36,651 nucleotides of DNA from a virus (IMGVR_UViG_3300037511_000250:1-36651); one strand, 5' to 3'. Positions 26,606 to 34,493 are shown, numbered from the stretch's first letter. Notes: generated by a model from the letters alone, not told the origin. Translations and numbers: made by a program.

Positions 26606-26734
26606 ATGAAAATTGCATTGATTATGTTTGCTTTTTGGCTTGGCGCGTGTTTCATAGGTGACAATATGAAAGCGTTTGCGGGTTACTGCGTTGGCGTATT
26701 TGCCGTCCTTTTTTTAATTCATCTTGGATTTTAG
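26606..26734 (+). CDS. Possible 42 aa two-TM peptide on the opposite strand
   Basis: MKIALIMFAFWLGACFIGDNMKAFAGYCVGVFAVLFLIHLGF; no clear RBS. Confidence 0.4.
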   Translation: MKIALIMFAFWLGACFIGDNMKAFAGYCVGVFAVLFLIHLGF

Positions 26735-26773
26735 CGAAAGAAAACCCCCTAGAGTTGTGCTTCAGTGAGAGGC

Positions 26774-26995
26774 TTAGGGGGTGTTGTTAACAGTAGTCGA
26801 TCTGAGAATCTTTCCCCAGTTTTTCCCAAACTTTGATTTCATAAAGTCGTTCAAATCTCCGGCTAAATTCTTACCAACTTTTTTGCCATTCTTTATACCC
26901 CACGCGCCCGCAAAATTCTTAATAAATCTAATTTCTTCCATCCTCAGAAGAAAGTTCATTTTTATGCTGGCATAGGCATTTAAGTCAAGCATCAC
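26774..26995 (-). CDS. Hypothetical protein
   Basis: 73 aa, GTGA coupling. Confidence 0.55.
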   Translation of the reverse strand: MMLDLNAYASIKMNFLLRMEEIRFIKNFAGAWGIKNGKKVGKNLAGDLNDFMKSKFGKNWGKILRSTTVNNTP

Positions 26996-27360
26996 TTCCC
27001 CTTCGCGATAGATTTCATAACTTTAGCAAAAGCAGCTCTCTTGCGTGTCTTTGGATTGCTTGACTTAAGCTCTTTCTCGATGAAACTTGTCTTTATGCCC
27101 CCTCCTTTTTTAAGGCCACCATCCTTCTTGGCCTGAGCTGTGAACGCGCCTTTCGTGCCTTTCTCTTCCATATTTTTTACAGCTTTCTGTATAAACTTCT
27201 TTGACATAGCTTCTTCCTTCAAATATAAATCAACCAAACTTTTGCCCATGATTTTAACAGTTTCTGTAAGATCACCATTATAAACTTCACCTCGACAAGC
27301 ATAGCTTTTTATGGATAAACCATCAGTAAAACTAAGCTCTAAATTAACAATCATCTTCAT
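26992..27360 (-). CDS. Protein with a highly basic C-terminal domain
   Basis: GAGGAG RBS; KKFIQKAV...GAFTAQAKK...RKRAAFAK. Confidence 0.7.
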   Translation of the reverse strand: MKMIVNLELSFTDGLSIKSYACRGEVYNGDLTETVKIMGKSLVDLYLKEEAMSKKFIQKAVKNMEEKGTKGAFTAQAKKDGGLKKGGGIKTSFIEKELKSSNPKTRKRAAFAKVMKSIAKGK

Positions 27361-27371
27361 GTATCATCTCC

Positions 27372-27530
27372 TCAATCAAAAACCTTTCCGCATTTTGTGC
27401 ACATAATAATTTTTTCATAAAGGCTAACCTTTATTCCATGTCCTCTCAAAATAGAACCACCATCAATGGTAAACCTACTGTGAGGATATTTTTTATGCCT
27501 ACAAAACAACTGCCTTAGCCACTTCATCAT
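27372..27530 (-). CDS. Small Cys/His protein (DUF1660-like)
   Basis: Hand-translated 52 aa, LFCRH...CTKCGK; ATGA coupling. Confidence 0.65.
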   Translation of the reverse strand: MMKWLRQLFCRHKKYPHSRFTIDGGSILRGHGIKVSLYEKIIMCTKCGKVFD

Positions 27531-27733
27531 TTCCTCACCACCACCTTTCGCCCAATATGAAAACTTTCTTTGCTACTCTTCCTTTCCATTATACTCATAG
27601 CCTCTAAGAACTCATCATAAAACTTGGCAGGTACTTCAACTTTTGTAGCTTTTGTTTGTAGGATTTTCAAAGCGAGATCGTACCACTCGCGAGCTTCTCT
27701 CTTTAATTTATGCGCGTTAACCGGACTATACAT
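27527..27733 (-). CDS. Hypothetical protein
   Basis: 68 aa ORF in operon. Confidence 0.65.
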   Translation of the reverse strand: MYSPVNAHKLKREAREWYDLALKILQTKATKVEVPAKFYDEFLEAMSIMERKSSKESFHIGRKVVVRK

Positions 27734-27738
27734 TTACT

Positions 27739-28080
27739 TCAAATACTCCTCTTTATAAAATCAATCGCCCTGCCGTCTCTCACCATAGTAGACGTAACCC
27801 TTATAACCTTCCATCCCATCAATGCAGCCTCGTTATACTTCACGCAGTCACTCTCGTAGCCCGCTCCCCTGACGTGTCTTCCGTTCGACCATGTGCCACC
27901 TTCCACCTCTATGGCGACCATTTTCCTGACGTCGGCAAAATCGAATCGCCATCGTCTTTTTGGGTGAAACCTGTGCTCACGCGAAAACCCCTTTATACCT
28001 TCCCCCATGATCTGATAATGCAGCTCTTCTGCTGGGGGCAATCTAACCACCAATATGCCAGCCAATGTTATAATATCCAC
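27739..28080 (-). CDS. Vsr/DUF559-like PD-(D/E)xK endonuclease
   Basis: REHRFHPKRRWRFDFA, AIEVEGG, GRH.RG.GY..D..KYN.A...GW.V.R; start uncertain. Confidence 0.9.
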   Translation of the reverse strand: MDIITLAGILVVRLPPAEELHYQIMGEGIKGFSREHRFHPKRRWRFDFADVRKMVAIEVEGGTWSNGRHVRGAGYESDCVKYNEAALMGWKVIRVTSTMVRDGRAIDFIKRSI

Positions 28081-28420
28081 AAGCTCCGCATCTACCTGTC
28101 CAGGCTGCCGCTAGCAAAGAAGTTTGAGAGGAATCACAACGTGAACAGATAAGTCGATTTTCCTTTTTTTCAAATACTTTTTTTTCAACCTGTTTTCTCA
28201 ACTCATTCGCATCACCTGCCCATCTATAAAATCCGTTCTTTGTTTTCCACTCCTCGATCTTCGCGAGGATTTCTTGTGGAGTTTCTTTGACAGTATAATG
28301 ATATCCGCTATACATCCAGATATATGTCAATCCATCATTCCATGGCCGAATGCTTTCTATTCTATCTGGCCTCAGCATAACCAGATCATCATCGTAATTC
28401 AGTTCAATAAAATCATTCAT
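28043..28420 (-). CDS. FlbD-like N-domain fused to a zinc ribbon
   Basis: FIEL...PD.IESI...VKETP.EI; CSRC and CGAC. Confidence 0.65.
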   Translation of the reverse strand: MNDFIELNYDDDLVMLRPDRIESIRPWNDGLTYIWMYSGYHYTVKETPQEILAKIEEWKTKNGFYRWAGDANELRKQVEKKVFEKKENRLICSRCDSSQTSLLAAAWTGRCGACGYYNIGWHIGG

Positions 28421-28436
28421 CTAACTTCTCCTAATC

Positions 28437-28661
28437 CTAATCTTGAATTGAGAAATAAGCTCGATAAAGCACTTCAATCATCACCATAAGTTGTTTTTTA
28501 TCTAAAAGAACAACAGACTTATGTAATGTCGATGATTCATCGCTTTTTATCGTTATCTCAACATTCCAGTCTACGTTTTTCGCAACTATATATTCGTTTT
28601 CAGAGAACCATCCAGTTATTTCATCGTCATTTAAATCAATAGAATAAGACCTATCTTTCAC
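28437..28661 (-). CDS. Hypothetical protein
   Basis: 74 aa, overlapping start, AAGGAG RBS. Confidence 0.6.
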   Translation of the reverse strand: MKDRSYSIDLNDDEITGWFSENEYIVAKNVDWNVEITIKSDESSTLHKSVVLLDKKQLMVMIEVLYRAYFSIQD

Positions 28662-28944
28662 CTTCTTTCTCCTTCCACCATACCGTTAAAGAAAAAAGAA
28701 AATTTCCAGGACTAAAAAGTTTTTCAGAAAAAGTATTTACATAAACGCATCCATCATATTCACTTAATTTAGATGGAAAAGGATCGCAAATAGGTGGCGA
28801 TAAAAAAGAATCAAATTTATCTGATTTTTTTATTTCTTCAATCTTTTTAATAAATAAATCAAAAGCCTCTACAGATTCTTTCATAAGATGAAACGAAATA
28901 GAAAATTTGAAAACTCCATCGTCTTTAAATTCATATATATCCAT
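28651..28944 (-). CDS. Hypothetical protein
   Basis: 97 aa, TAATG coupling. Confidence 0.6.
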   Translation of the reverse strand: MDIYEFKDDGVFKFSISFHLMKESVEAFDLFIKKIEEIKKSDKFDSFLSPPICDPFPSKLSEYDGCVYVNTFSEKLFSPGNFLFSLTVWWKEKEGER

Positions 28945-29153
28945 TACTTTTTATCCTTCGGCTCAAAGTACTTTGCTTCTGTACCGCACTGAAACTTTTT
29001 ATCAATCCAATTATTTTGTCTAGCAGATAAGCAAAGAGTATCTAATTTCCCAGTTACTTTACTTCTATAAATCGGGTAACCACAATAAGAACCTTCGGAT
29101 ATAAATTCTCCAGCAGAATACTTACAATCCTTGCAAAACTTAATTTCGCTCAC
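28944..29153 (-). CDS. Cys-rich small phage protein
   Basis: KFCKDCKY...C..AR...CG.EAKYFEPK; GAGGAG RBS. Confidence 0.75.
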   Translation of the reverse strand: MSEIKFCKDCKYSAGEFISEGSYCGYPIYRSKVTGKLDTLCLSARQNNWIDKKFQCGTEAKYFEPKDKK

Positions 29154-29154
29154 G

Positions 29155-30036
29155 CTAAATCTCCTCTACTATGCAATACTTAATTGAATCTGTTAAATGT
29201 ATAATTTTTTCAGAATCAATATTAATGCGGATTATTTTTTTGATTTCATGCTTATAAAAATACATATAACCGTTTTGCAGAGAAGCTTTATAGTTAGCTC
29301 CTACTATCGTTAATTTATCTTGCCCATGAAAAAATAAAGAATGCAATTCTTTGCTGTCACAATAAGTGATCATTATAAAATCCCCCTCCCTCAGCTTACT
29401 GAAGTCTGGCCTGCGTTCTTCTGGTTTAGGATTTTGAAAACCTTCTGTACATTTGTCACAGTACATGCTTTTGCTGATAAGACCCATTGCGCCAATTGGA
29501 TTTCTATAAAATGGTTTATGACACTCTGGGCAAATAGGGGAATTTACAAGCTTCTCCTCCCTCCGCGGCCGCCATGCGATGACGTCTTCTACTACCTTGT
29601 CCTCGCTCCCTTCTTCAACAAAAAGCTCACCCTCAAAAATTGCTTTAAAATTTCTATTGAAGCCTAATCTTTTAACCTCAACCTTCTGCTTCACATCCGG
29701 CAACTGCCTCATCGGCCAAATCCAGCCTTCAGAATCTTCTTTATTACTCTTAAACGGATGTTCCCAGCATTTTTGGCAAATCTGATTAGATTCTCCATTT
29801 CCAAAAAGGATAATGCCAACAGTATAATTAGAACCACACTTAAAGCACTGGTAACCTTTCATTTCTTCAGCCTCCTTTTTTAATGCAGTTTTATACATTA
29901 TCTTACAAGCATATCTTGCTTTTTCGTAACACTCCGGCTTTCCGCAAAATATAAATTCTTTTTTTCGCGAATTACTTTTAGCCCATGACTTTACTTTATC
30001 TGCATTTCTTAACTCACAAAAATCACATTTATTCAT
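29155..30036 (-). CDS. Mosaic multi-zinc-finger protein with a DUF551-like segment
   Basis: CDFC/CGKPEC, CFKC/CQKC, WI....LP...VIAWRP, CPEC/CDKC; ATG at 30036 after GAGG. Confidence 0.75.
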   Translation of the reverse strand: MNKCDFCELRNADKVKSWAKSNSRKKEFIFCGKPECYEKARYACKIMYKTALKKEAEEMKGYQCFKCGSNYTVGIILFGNGESNQICQKCWEHPFKSNKEDSEGWIWPMRQLPDVKQKVEVKRLGFNRNFKAIFEGELFVEEGSEDKVVEDVIAWRPRREEKLVNSPICPECHKPFYRNPIGAMGLISKSMYCDKCTEGFQNPKPEERRPDFSKLREGDFIMITYCDSKELHSLFFHGQDKLTIVGANYKASLQNGYMYFYKHEIKKIIRINIDSEKIIHLTDSIKYCIVEEI

Positions 30037-30155
30037 TTCCTCGCCTCGCATACGCAGTTTTTTGTTTTTTCATGAGTAGCGATGGGTGAATCATGCAGCA
30101 CCATTCCAATAAAAACCAACCCTAAAAAAATCCAAAAACCTGCCAATGCGTTCAT
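30033..30155 (-). CDS. 40 aa single-TM peptide
   Basis: MNALAGFWIFLGLVFIGMVL...; ATGA overlaps at both ends, GGAG RBS. Confidence 0.6.
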   Translation of the reverse strand: MNALAGFWIFLGLVFIGMVLHDSPIATHEKTKNCVCEARK

Positions 30156-30277
30156 TTATTTGTCTCCACCTTTTCCAGATTCTCAACCTTACTTCCATGC
30201 GAAAGACTTCCCGCGAAAAGAATAAGCACAACCACAATCACAGGCACCATGATGCACCAGAACTTTTTCTCGCTCAT
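30152..30277 (-). CDS. 41 aa single-TM peptide
   Basis: MSEKKFWCIMVPVIVVVLILFAG...; ATGA overlaps at both ends, GAGG RBS. Confidence 0.6.
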   Translation of the reverse strand: MSEKKFWCIMVPVIVVVLILFAGSLSHGSKVENLEKVETNK

Positions 30278-30552
30278 TTTTTAATCCTCGTATATTTTTT
30301 CCCATCTTTTTTAATTAATCCTCTTGCAGATAGGCTGTATAACGTACTCGCTAACCAGCTTCTTGATTTCTCCATTTTATATAATCTGTATAGCCCAACG
30401 ATAATCTCATCGAGTGACAATGTTTCCTTTATATCAAAAAGATTAAGAATATTTGAGCATCCAGAATGTAAACGATGTTTATTCAAATATTTTCTAGTCG
30501 TTGAGCTTAAATCGCTTATATCGTTTAAGTTGAAAATATCTTTATTTTTCAC
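30274..30552 (-). CDS. Winged-helix DNA-binding protein
   Basis: LSLDEII..LY...ASTLYSL..RGLIKK.GKKY. Confidence 0.65.
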   Translation of the reverse strand: MKNKDIFNLNDISDLSSTTRKYLNKHRLHSGCSNILNLFDIKETLSLDEIIVGLYRLYKMEKSRSWLASTLYSLSARGLIKKDGKKYTRIKK

Positions 30553-30797
30553 GTCTTATTCCCCTTCAGCTCCTTTATTTCATCTACAGCATCCACCAGA
30601 ATGGTAAAATTACCCCCTGCGGTTTTTTTATTTTCTTCTCCTTCTTTTCCAAATCCTTCCAAGATTATTTTTTTAAGCCATTCCCCACAAAATTCAGCGG
30701 CAGATTCTTTACTTCTGCAATCTGCAATAAGCGTGCTTTTCTGGCTATAAAAATCTGGAATGCTGACTACGTACCTATAATTTATATTCTCGCTCAT
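30549..30797 (-). CDS. Hypothetical protein
   Basis: 82 aa, ATGA coupling. Confidence 0.6.
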   Translation of the reverse strand: MSENINYRYVVSIPDFYSQKSTLIADCRSKESAAEFCGEWLKKIILEGFGKEGEENKKTAGGNFTILVDAVDEIKELKGNKT

Positions 30798-30982
30798 TTC
30801 CTAAACTCCAAAACAATCAAAAAAATACAAGCGATTATCGCTAAAGCTGCGCATCCCCAAAGTGGAGCGGTAACCCACCACCATGACCAGGCTATAACTC
30901 CGGTCAACTTCAGAACCAGGAAAATCAAAAATAAACAACCCAAAAACCCGATACCGCTGTTACTGTTACTTGCTGAACTCAT
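30794..30982 (-). CDS. Conserved phage transmembrane protein
   Basis: GIGF.G.L...FLVLKLTGVIAWSWWWVTAPLW signature. Confidence 0.85.
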   Translation of the reverse strand: MSSASNSNSGIGFLGCLFLIFLVLKLTGVIAWSWWWVTAPLWGCAALAIIACIFLIVLEFRK

Positions 30983-31003
30983 GCACTTCTCCTCTGTTAG
31001 AAA

Positions 31004-31534
31004 TCATTTACTTTTATGCTTTTTATCCGCTGCTTGCCGAATAGCTTCAAAGCTTTTTACAAATCCGGTTGCTTCGGCATACTCTCTGTTTGTCATTCCC
31101 GCCATTTTTGCCTGTTTCGACATCTCTTTCGCTCGCCTAAGCATCTCAAGCTCAATATCACTTTTCTCCCTTACCTCTTCGTAATGCTGCTCACAAAGAT
31201 AAGAATAACTCCCGTCTTTCCGCTGGAACCCAAAGTCATATTTTCTTCCGCATGGTATGCCTGCCATCTTAAAACCACAGGCGTATGTCCCCTCACTTTT
31301 TTGCTTTTCACTACCCCCTATCTCACTAGCGATGTTTTGAGGGTTAGGCATAAAATCCTTTTTCTTCGGGTTCAAGATATGCTTCTCAAAGGCTTTCTTG
31401 ACCTCCGAAAGTTCATAGTCTCTGAGCTTTTTCTGAAAAGCCGATACCTGCCAGTTTTCGATATCTCGAAAGTAATTTTCCTTCACGAACCTTTCGATGA
31501 AAATCGCAAGTTCCGCTAGCTCCTCTCTCTGCAT
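31004..31534 (-). CDS. Putative helicase loader (lambda P position)
   Basis: L.DY.L.EV..AF..H......FMP.P..I motif, directly after the initiator. Confidence 0.6.
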   Translation of the reverse strand: MQREELAELAIFIERFVKENYFRDIENWQVSAFQKKLRDYELSEVKKAFEKHILNPKKKDFMPNPQNIASEIGGSEKQKSEGTYACGFKMAGIPCGRKYDFGFQRKDGSYSYLCEQHYEEVREKSDIELEMLRRAKEMSKQAKMAGMTNREYAEATGFVKSFEAIRQAADKKHKSK

Positions 31535-32376
31535 CTTTCCCTCTCCTCCTCTCTCTCCATATCTGCAATGGCCTTTAAAGTCGCCTCTGTGGCCTCCTGT
31601 GCCTTTATCTTTATCCTGGCCTCATATTGTTCGGGGGTCTCCTCAACTCGCCTCCTAGGTGCCTTAATGGGCGTTTTACCGTGATTCAAGATTTGGAGCC
31701 GATAATACGCAGGGCTGTTTAACGGCTGCCCTGTCGCCAGCCAGTCATCAAGAACAGAGGTAACAGCCTTTTCGGGGACGTCCGCCTCCACCCACGCTGT
31801 CAGCATCGACTGCCCTGTGGCTGACCTCAGCATCGAAATGATCTGATCAGAAGAAAAATACTTCTCCAACAAATCAACAAAAAACTTTCGCTTACCCACT
31901 ACAGTGGTAGTTGTTGGTTTGTTATCTATAACCTCTTGTTTATATGTATATGTATCTGTATAGCTATCGTTAGGCATTGCTTGGGCATTGCTTGGGCATT
32001 GCTTGGGCATTAGCCCAGGCATAGCTGTGGCATCCTTTTTTGACCACCTTTTATTTGCCCCGTTTTTCCCCTTTTCCCGCGCTACATCTAGCGCGCGGCG
32101 ATATTCGGCAAGTTCTTTTTCTATCCTTTTATGATGCAAAAATTTTTCATCTTTTTTGTAAAAAAAACTCTCAGCTTTTTGAAAAAATTTTTTAAATTTG
32201 TGGATAGAAGTTTTACAAATTTGCGAAAGCTGACGAGCATCGTTAGGCAACGGTTTTTCGGATTGCCAGTAGGCCATGATCATCAATAGGTAGTACCCGT
32301 GGTCTTCTCCACTTAAATGTGAGGTATCAGCCATATAATCTGAAATGTAAAAAGGCATGTAGGGCTTATGAGCCAT
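31516..32376 (-). CDS. Replication initiator, DUF1376/YdaU family
   Basis: PYMPFYISDYMADT.HLS..DHG.YLL.I..YW...PLP.D; HKRIE.EL; internal iterons. Confidence 0.9.
   Translation of the reverse strand: MAHKPYMPFYISDYMADTSHLSGEDHGYYLLMIMAYWQSEKPLPNDARQLSQICKTSIHKFKKFFQKAESFFYKKDEKFLHHKRIEKELAEYRRALDVAREKGKNGANKRWSKKDATAMPGLMPKQCPSNAQAMPNDSYTDTYTYKQEVIDNKPTTTTVVGKRKFFVDLLEKYFSSDQIISMLRSATGQSMLTAWVEADVPEKAVTSVLDDWLATGQPLNSPAYYRLQILNHGKTPIKAPRRRVEETPEQYEARIKIKAQEATEATLKAIADMEREEERERCRERS
31941..32033. repeat. Replication origin iterons with adjacent AT-rich tract
   Basis: GGCATTGCTTG x3 at 31973-32005; further GGCAT at 32006, 32018, 32029; TATATGTATATGTAT at 31941. Confidence 0.8.
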
Positions 32377-32617
32377 TTATTTTATCCCTTTTCCCTGTAG
32401 GGCATATCTGGCGCCCCTTGTACTTAAGAATACCGTTAGGTGTAATGGCCTTAGAGGCGTCCTGGGTAGGGTTTTTCTTGAAAAATTTATGGTGCCACCA
32501 GAAAAAAACATTCCAATCCGGCCAAAGCATGGGGATTAACCTCTTATCGGGGTTTGCTTCGATGAAGTCGTCTAGGTATTTTAAAACTATCTTTTCTTTC
32601 TCTTCCGTTTTGTTCAT
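32366..32617 (-). CDS. Hypothetical protein (cII position)
   Basis: 83 aa between cro and initiator; GGAG RBS. Confidence 0.6.
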   Translation of the reverse strand: MNKTEEKEKIVLKYLDDFIEANPDKRLIPMLWPDWNVFFWWHHKFFKKNPTQDASKAITPNGILKYKGRQICPTGKRDKINGS

Positions 32618-32681
32618 TTACTGCTCCAAATTTAGCGCGAAAAATTACACCCTTCACGAGGGAACTGTTTTTTCTATAAAA

Positions 32682-32906
32682 CTAGGCTTTACGAGGCTTT
32701 TTACCGAAAATATCCGGACGTAACTGGTAACGCGTAACCCTTCCCCGCGTCGCCGCTTCTATGACCTGGCAATCCTCTGGCCTTGCGGGCTTTCCTTTCG
32801 AAAGCATTCTGCTGATGGTGGGTTGTGAGCGGCCGATTATCTTTGATGCCTGGTTTTGACCCTTAAGTAGCTTTATAGCTTTTTTGAAAGCTTCGGATGG
32901 GCTCAT
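32682..32906 (-). CDS. cro: Cro/YdaS-like HTH regulator
   Basis: GQNQAS..IG.SQPTIS HTH; IEAAT.G.VTR..LRPDIF; divergent from the repressor. Confidence 0.9.
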   Translation of the reverse strand: MSPSEAFKKAIKLLKGQNQASKIIGRSQPTISRMLSKGKPARPEDCQVIEAATRGRVTRYQLRPDIFGKKPRKA

Positions 32907-32912
32907 CCGAAA

Positions 32913-32941
32913 ATAATATTCTTAAAAGATACCATTGTCAA
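32913..32941 (-). promoter_or_regulatory. PR-like promoter
   Basis: Minus strand TTGACA-17 bp-TATTAT. Confidence 0.75.
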
Positions 32942-33053
32942 TTCAAATATGAATTGAGCTTAAATTGCTATTTTATTCAAAAACGCATAACATTGCGGAA
33001 ATTGTCAATTATTAATTGATGGGTTAAAAATGAGGAGGATTTTCAAAAATGAC
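32938..33053. promoter_or_regulatory. OR-like operator set
   Basis: TCAATTCA-AATA-TGAATTGA (32938-57), TTATTCAAAAACGCATAA (32973-90), ATTTTCAAAAATGAC (33039-53). Confidence 0.7.
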
Positions 33054-33690
33054 AACACCAGGTGAAAGAATACGCGAGGCAAGATTTGTTCAAAGAATGA
33101 GCCAAGCGCAACTTGCAAAAAATATTCCAATGCCCGGCGCTATTTTATCAAAGATTGAAAGAAATGTTATAAAAGAATCAAAATATCATAGACTTATCTC
33201 TAATTTTTTAAAAATAGATTTTAACTGGATGATGACGGGAGAAGGCTTTAAGCGGGAAGACGATATTTACGGAGAAAATGATAAGAATTTTCCGATTCTT
33301 GAAGGTTCGGAGGTCGTCCTGTGGTGCTTGAACAAATTATCTTCAAAAGAAATTTTTGTTCAAGAAAGAAAGTTTTGCTCTAACCCATATGGAAAATCAG
33401 AAAGAAAAAGAAAATTTGCCTTTAGGATTTCAGACGATTTTATGATGACAGACAGGGGAATAAGTTTTCATCCTGGAACGGTTGTTATTTTTGACCCAGA
33501 TAGAAAATTCAATAACAATGACTTTGTTCTGGTCATGACGTCCACTGGTTTGCCTGTACTTTATCAGTATGTGATAGCTGGGGACATTCCGCTTTTAAAG
33601 CATCTCAATCCCAACTATCCGATTCAAGAACTTACGATTAGGCAATCAATTATAGGCGTTGCTGTTGCAAGACTTGATGTATTTTACTAA
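33049..33690 (+). CDS. cI: CI-like repressor (XRE HTH plus degenerate S24 domain)
   Basis: GERIREAR...MSQAQLA...LSKIE; FA.RI..D.M...F.PG...FDPD; LNPNYP; IIGV. Confidence 0.88.
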   Translation: MTTPGERIREARFVQRMSQAQLAKNIPMPGAILSKIERNVIKESKYHRLISNFLKIDFNWMMTGEGFKREDDIYGENDKNFPILEGSEVVLWCLNKLSSKEIFVQERKFCSNPYGKSERKRKFAFRISDDFMMTDRGISFHPGTVVIFDPDRKFNNNDFVLVMTSTGLPVLYQYVIAGDIPLLKHLNPNYPIQELTIRQSIIGVAVARLDVFY

Positions 33691-33954
33691 CTCTGCTCTA
33701 TGTTTAAGTGGAATTAAAACCTTAACAATATGTAAAAAACCTTCATGAGATATTAAAAACGTATCAATTCCCCCGCATGATTGAGGGATAAATTTATTAT
33801 CGTTTTTTTTATACTTCATTATTATTTCAATAAGCTTATCGTGTGATATTCTTATCACTTTGTAAACAATTCCAGACCAATAATAAAATGTGTTATTAAA
33901 AGAGTAGACCGGAAGACCTTGGAGTAAAGAACTAAAAGACACTGGATTAAACAT
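33646..33954 (-). CDS. Hypothetical protein convergent with the repressor
   Basis: ATG at 33954 after GGGAG; AT-rich; overlaps the cI 3' end. Confidence 0.5.
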   Translation of the reverse strand: MFNPVSFSSLLQGLPVYSFNNTFYYWSGIVYKVIRISHDKLIEIIMKYKKNDNKFIPQSCGGIDTFLISHEGFLHIVKVLIPLKHRAELVKYIKSCNSNAYN

Positions 33955-34041
33955 ATTTTCTCCCTGAAATAGTTGAAGTTTTTGCGAGCCGTTAAGATAC
34001 ATAAACTATTTGAATTTTTAAATAGGGGATAAAAAATAAAT

Positions 34042-34086
34042 ATTTTCAAAAATGACTTGACAGCCTTATTCAATATGACATAACAT
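34042..34086 (+). promoter_or_regulatory. PL-like promoter with OL-like operators
   Basis: TTGACA(34057)-18 bp-TAACAT; ATTTTCAAAAATGAC at 34042 and TTATTCAATATGACATAA at 34066 match the OR boxes. Confidence 0.7.
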
Positions 34087-34245
34087 ATCTTCCATACGGT
34101 CACAGAACAAAAGAAACTAACTACTAAACAAGCTTATAAGATACCAACAATTGCCGTACCTAATTAAAGACTTGGGCAGCCCTTCATACGGCTAATATCC
34201 CAAGTATTCACCCCGCCGGAGGTGAGCCCAGAGTCCGGCATTATA

Positions 34246-34471
34246 GACCTAATCGTGGCGATACAGAGTAAATCGCAACATCCAAGTAGTTTTAGCGCTT
34301 GGAGAAACACTGAAATGTGTTTTTTATTTAAAAAAATAAATATTACAAGAAAATAATTGTTCCCCCTTTTTTGAGGGGGTTACAGGAGATGTAGTCGGCG
34401 AAAGTTTTCTTGTGGCTACCAAGATAATTTAGTGCTTTCGTACGTGGTGCAATTCCACTATTAGGTCATCA
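34246..34471 (+). ncRNA. Large tRNA-like-ended structured RNA in the PL leader
   Basis: GACCTAAT/ATTAGGTC+ATCA; GTGG-TGCAATT-CCAC T-arm; multiple internal hairpins; followed by T7. Confidence 0.55.
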
Positions 34472-34493
34472 GTTTTTTTATTTTAAAGGAGAT

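Noticed and set aside
31973-32033. CRISPR array
   Set aside because: 11-bp tandem units with no spacers, inside a replication gene; no repeat-spacer array or cas gene seen in the window
7985-32723. Plus-strand ORFs within the minus-strand arm (e.g. 8814, 11353, 18034, 22157, 25076, 30146, 31016, 32319)
   Set aside because: Shadow frames fully overlapping well-supported minus-strand genes, with no recognisable motifs
34246-34471. tmRNA
   Set aside because: It has a tRNA-like end but no G3-U alanine identity pair, ends ATCA, is short, and shows no convincing tag reading frame
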